DNA of 64,000 nucleotides from Eledone cirrhosa (lineage: Eukaryota): the NCBI GenBank assembly GCA_964016885.1, contig OZ024743.1:283030001-283094000 (forward strand). The letters are read 5' to 3'. Position 1 is the stretch's first letter; each line of letters starts with the position of its first letter. The notes below the pieces were generated by a model. It saw only the letters and a list, made by a program, of their open reading frames with translations, had not been told where the DNA came from and did not search any database. This document shows positions 58,935 to 64,000 of this stretch, in pieces. The translations under genes and the position numbers were made by a program.

Positions 58935-59440
58935 CTTGAACATATATAATGCGTAGAAATATCCGAGACCCCCAGCAGACAACTGAAGAGGAAAACTTCT
59001 CCCGTTCTTGCTTTCTTCTTATTCTTATTTTTAAGCATACCTTATCTAGCAACTCCACAGCCAAATCTCTTCTTCATATATATACATATATATATATTTG
59101 GCCTCTATAACGTATGTTAATTGCTCTGGTCTTCTTTTAGTCCATTGAGGGCTTGCCGCATATCTCGAAAATTGCGTTTCACTTTGTTTTTGACCACAGC
59201 CGAAATGCGATCTCGCTGAAATTATATTTGTATATATATATGTTTACAAACAAACAAACCGAGCATTATAATAAATGTTCAGTAAACCGATACGTGCATA
59301 TATATATGTGTGCATGTATGTATATATATACATACTACTGTACGTCTGTATATATATATGTATGTACGTATACATACATACATACTTACATTTAAGTAAG
59401 TGCCGTACTAAGAGTGAGAAATGAAATTTCGTTTCATTCT

Positions 59441-59499
<59 letters not shown>

Positions 59500-59538
59500 G
59501 GTATAGAAAACATTGTAGCAAAAAGCCAACAGTATTCC

Positions 59539-59581
<43 letters not shown>

Positions 59582-59583
59582 TA

Positions 59584-59725
59584 TCGTCGAGTGCTCCAAT
59601 CTGCATACTGAGCTGTTGGTATACAACCAACATATACTCAAAATTTATATATATATATATATAAATTTTGAGTATATGTTGGTTGTATACCAACACCTCA
59701 GTATGCAGATTGGAGCACTCGACGA
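59584..59725. repeat. Palindrome centred on a short (TA)n tract
   Basis: 63 bp arms with one mismatch. Confidence 0.9.
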
Positions 59726-59808
59726 AGTGCGCAGGTTGGTTTGGTTACTCCGGAGTAAAGTAAAATAAAATAAATAAGTCAAATGTTTAAAATTTGGCTT
59801 CGTTTATT

Positions 59809-59863
59809 ACTGCTATATATATTTCGGTGACAGCCATCTTTGGCTGTGACCTCTTCAGGCAGT
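59809..59863 (-). ncRNA. Minimal hammerhead ribozyme
   Basis: actgc-CTGAAGA-ggtcacagcca aaga tggctgtcacc-GAAA-tatata-TA-gcagt. Confidence 0.87.
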
Positions 59864-60142
59864 CCGAATTAGTGTGGTAGAGACGAGTACACATGTTGTT
59901 GAGGTGTTTAACTTTGTCAATACTCTGATATGCCCAGTTCCTGGATGGGTTGTTATTTCACTGAGGAACTGGAATCATATGAATTTAAACAAACGAATTT
60001 CAGTGTCAAAGGACATCTTCTCCTCTCATTGGTCAGTTGTGAGAACATTCCTCAGTCAAAAGTCTATAGAAATTCGTTCTGAGGCGAGGCAATCTGTAGT
60101 GGTTGTTCTTGTTTTTGTTAATTACATCTGACCTCTACTCTT

Positions 60143-61605
60143 ATGTTGTCTGCAACACGGCACCTGGAGGGGCAGATCCATGCCATCCAACAGCGTCGTC
60201 GGGCGCTGGACGGACCGGTTAAATTGATAGGGATCTGGTTCGGTCCCGACCTCCAGACGGACAAAAACTGGGGGGAGGTCACGAGCAAGGTAGCTTCTTT
60301 CACGCAGAAATGGGCTGAGAGGAAGCTATCCCTGAAAGGTCGAGCGGAGGTGGCGAATGCGTACATCGCGTCCGTCATCTACTACCGCCTGACCGTCGTA
60401 CCTTGTCCTAAGTCTCGCCTAACTGCACTGGGGCGTTTGCTTTTTCGCTTTTTGTGGAAGGGATGTGCTCCGGTGGTCAGGCGGTCCATCTGCTGTCAAC
60501 ACCCGCTACGCGGAGGGCTGGGAATGCCGTGGTTGATGATGCGCAGACATGCGCTCAGGCTACGACATCTCCACCTCTTCCTCGACGGTGACCAGCTTGT
60601 CTCCTTGGCGGAGCTGCAGTCTAGCGTCAAGTCAAGACTGAGAGGAAGCGCTTGGAGACTGGAATGTCTTCAGGCGCTTACAGCCCTCGACCAGTCGAGC
60701 AATACAATCACTGGAAACTCCACCTTGGCGTTCTATAGAGGGTTAGTGGAGGGAAAGAGCAACGACGTCCTTGGGGCGACTCTAGGCGTCGACGAAAACC
60801 AACTAGCCAATCTCTTCGGGAGAACTTTCGGGCCGGAGCCCAAGGGCAACTTCCAGAAATCACTGGCCTGGCAGTACTACCGAGGAACCTTGCCATTTCT
60901 GGATAAACTCTACAGGCATGGAAGTGCCGTCAGCCAGGCCTGACCGAAATGCGTGCAGGGCGATGAAACCGTCCTGCACGCACTCGTCCAGTGTTCGAGC
61001 ATTGCTGACTTGTGGGTTTATGTCGAACACCTGCTGTCGCGTGTAGGACGGATCCGGCTATCAGCTGAGTCCATCGTGAGGATTGCCCCGCCCTCTTCCT
61101 TTAGCCGGGAAGGGCAGGCAGTTTTTATCTGTCTGGTGGCCATGGCGAAAGAGATAGTGTGGCGGACGCGTTTGAAAGGGCTGAAGACGAATACTTACCT
61201 CTTCGGTGATGCCCTGATTAACTTTTTCAAATTTCATTTGAAAAGGAAAATCAGGGTAGAGAGGGAAGTACTCTCTTCCCAGGATTTTGTTGAAAGATGG
61301 GTGAGAGAAGCAAGCATGGCCCGAGTCAATTGACCTACTCTGAGTATGCGCCTGTAAATTGAAGGTGGACAACTGGGAGAGGGCACTTGCCCTGGTGGTC
61401 AGGGTCACCGTGGCTTTTTTAATGGGCTTTCTCCAAGATGGCCCTCGGCAGTCTCCCCCCTAGTGGGGAATTTTTCATTGTTTCTTTTTTGTTACATCCT
61501 CTTTTTTCTTTTTACACGCAGAAATTCCCCTTTGTACCGTCCTATATTGTCTTGTATTGTCCTTAATGTCTTACTTTGTGTAAACCTTTGTGGTCAATAA
61601 AGAAA
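60143..61605 (+). mobile_element. 5'-truncated Tx1/L1 LINE (ORF2 C-terminal part plus 3' UTR)
   Basis: Strong similarity to the ORF at 49235-50480; stop at 60943; AATAAA near 61596. Confidence 0.9.
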
Positions 61606-64000
61606 GCATTAAAGGAAGCAAAATCGCACTCACTGAGGACCCTACAGAGTGATGACATAATGTTAGTCTCGTTTTACTGAGGGAAAAAAATTGCAAAGTT
61701 CAGGGTAACCCAGGTCCCACCCTACGTACCCGTGCCTTGGCTGGTCGTGTCTGTTCTTGCGGGCATCGAGGATAGAACAATCATTCTGCAGGTACAGAAG
61801 TTGGGGAGAGAGGACTGGTCCGGTATTGGAATGGAGATGCTCATCCAAACCGACCAGGACTGCATCAACGCTATTCCCGATGTAATAGACCTCGGGAATG
61901 GCTCCCAACTTCCCATATTTGTTGAAGGAGGGCGCCCAAAGTGCTTCAACTGTGGGTCGAAGTCTCACCTCAGGGCCTTCTACCCACAGAAAATAACAAA
62001 GGCGAAGGTCCCCCACCTTCCAACGCCGGAACCTCTGCCATCAGAAACAGAGCAGTCAGCGAAAAAGTCGGGAGCTTCTACAGAGAGTAGGAGGACAACG
62101 TCCGTGGCACCCACACCAAAGTCACGGACAACAAAAACAGCGGCGGCAACTGCAGCAACAGAAACAGTCGCACTAGCTGCACCCGTGCCAAGAACGGCAG
62201 ACCAGGCTCCACCACCACCACCACCACCACCAACAACAACAAAGACAAATGAGGGGGTAGAACTCATACCCCTCCCCGACCTCTCACAGTCGGACATGGA
62301 GTATGAGGCGGCAGAGGAGTGGAAAACGGTTGTCAAAAAAACCCCCCAAAACAAAAAACAAACGTAAAAACACCACAGCTTCGCCCTCCAAAAGCGAAGA
62401 CAAAGAGAGAGGGGTAAAGGCTGCAAGGAGACTTGCAGCAACACCATCACCATCACCACGACAAGCATCACCACCAACATCGCAAACACAACAACGCACA
62501 CACCTAACAGCAACAACAAGAAAACAGCCCCCCCCCCCAAAGTACACAGCCATAAACATCGCACACAAAGGATTAATGGAACATATAAAACAACACATGG
62601 ACATTACAGACTTAAATCACCACACGCCACCAACACCAAGAACATTACCAAATAATATTAACATTGTCGAAATTAAACTCGAAGATTACAAACATTTAAA
62701 ACAAAAATTCCCCAACGCAGTTGGGGATTTCAGGGGGTCACTCTCCAAAAGAATCTATACGGATATCATCTTGGAGACACCCATGACCAGCCGAAGGGAC
62801 GGCTCTACTGTCCCTTCCCCACATGATCAAGGTAGGGGATCCTTTCTCACTCATCCCGTTCCCCATCCAGCATGGCCGTACTTAGAATAGGCAGTATAAA
62901 TGTACGTGGCCTAGGGTCATCTTGGAAGCAGGGTCACCTACTCAACGACCTCAGGTCACTAAACATAGATATGGTGGCCATCAGTGAGACCAAAATCTCC
63001 GAAGCACCGATCTTCGGCGGCTACGATGTATACGCATCTCCCAGCCGTCCAGGATCGGGGTGAGGAGTTGCCGTGCTTTTTCGGAGAGACTTGGATCTCG
63101 CTATATGGGTCATCTTCCTGGACCCAGAAGGTAAGTCGGTGGTGCTGGACGTGACCAGCAGCGAAGGCAATGCTTTCAGGCTAGTAGACGTCTACGCCCC
63201 AACAGGAACAGGACGGCCAGATTTCTTCAGACATCTAGAGACCTTTCTTGGAATGTCCCGCTCTTTAGTGTTAGTGGGCGACTGGAACGGTATCTTAGAT
63301 GCACGCTGGGATTATGTGGGGCTAGTAGACAGGGCAGGAGGGTGTAAAAGCCTCAACAACCTGCTCAGACGTTTTGAACTGTGTGACAGGTATAGACTGG
63401 ATTATCCGAATGTGCCAATGTGGACATAGGCAAACCGCATCGGGTCATCCAGATCGTATTTAGATAGGGTATTCTGTAGGGAAACAGATAAGGCTAGTGT
63501 AGGTTGTCCACAATTTAAAGTAGTCGACTACACAGACCACAAATTTGTGATCTGTGAAGTTGACTTAGATAGACTCCATAGGCAAGAGCCTGGCTACTGG
63601 AAGCTGAACGTATCGTTCCCGGCGCGCAAAGCTTACAGAGACCGGATTAGCGAATTAGTTAAGCGTGCGTTGACGGGTGCGATCGTCAACAACAGATGGT
63701 GGTTTACCCTGAAAAAGGGTATTAGAGTAGAATCGATAAGGTTTAGCAAAGGAGTAGTGATTGAGGAAAATAGAATAGAGGGAGAGTTAGTTAGAAAGCT
63801 AGAAGAGGCGTTTAGGACAGGCATCGCAACCGACGTGCTTGCGGCGAGATTGGCACTCGACCAATTCTTCAACGCAAAGCATACAGGCTGCGTTGTAAGA
63901 GCTAGAGCGCGTGCTCTAAGACACGAGGGGACAAAAGACGTTCAATGGGCCCGGGTGGTGGAGGCGCGACGTGGCAGCAAGTCCACAATTCGGTCTTTGC
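61606..64000 (+). mobile_element. Third Tx1/L1 LINE copy (partial ORF1 and ORF2 endonuclease), running off the window
   Basis: CFNCGSKSH knuckle; ORF2 from 62872 with INVRG, SET, GDWN, DHK and YWKLN; several stops. Confidence 0.88.

Overview
Eukaryotic, AT-rich, repeat-dominated window with no convincing host protein-coding gene. The SINE families and huge (TA)n tracts suggest an octopus-like mollusc (inference). Contents: two Penelope-like retroelements (RT plus C-terminal GIY-YIG; one with an open ORF and a CxCx5C linker), a decayed Tc1 DD34E transposon with IR/DR ends, three Tx1/L1-clade LINE copies, CR1, RTE, CRE-like and R4/NeSL-like LINE fragments, a Helitron helicase fragment, several MITEs and many tRNA-derived Nin-domain SINEs. 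The main hidden signal is a dense population of short non-coding cassettes inserted in (TA)n tracts. About 11 complete minimal type I hammerhead ribozyme cores can be folded by eye: two in the 3' regions of the Penelope-like elements and the rest in these cassettes, plus several partial or degenerate ones. Most have a covarying palindromic stem III. Many cassettes are fold-back palindromes, some hinged at or beside the ribozyme core, and many share a YGAGTRCY motif about 40-75 nt before the (TA)n junction. The long [11 protein letters not shown] ORFs in the track are microsatellite artefacts. Coordinates of decayed repeats are approximate.
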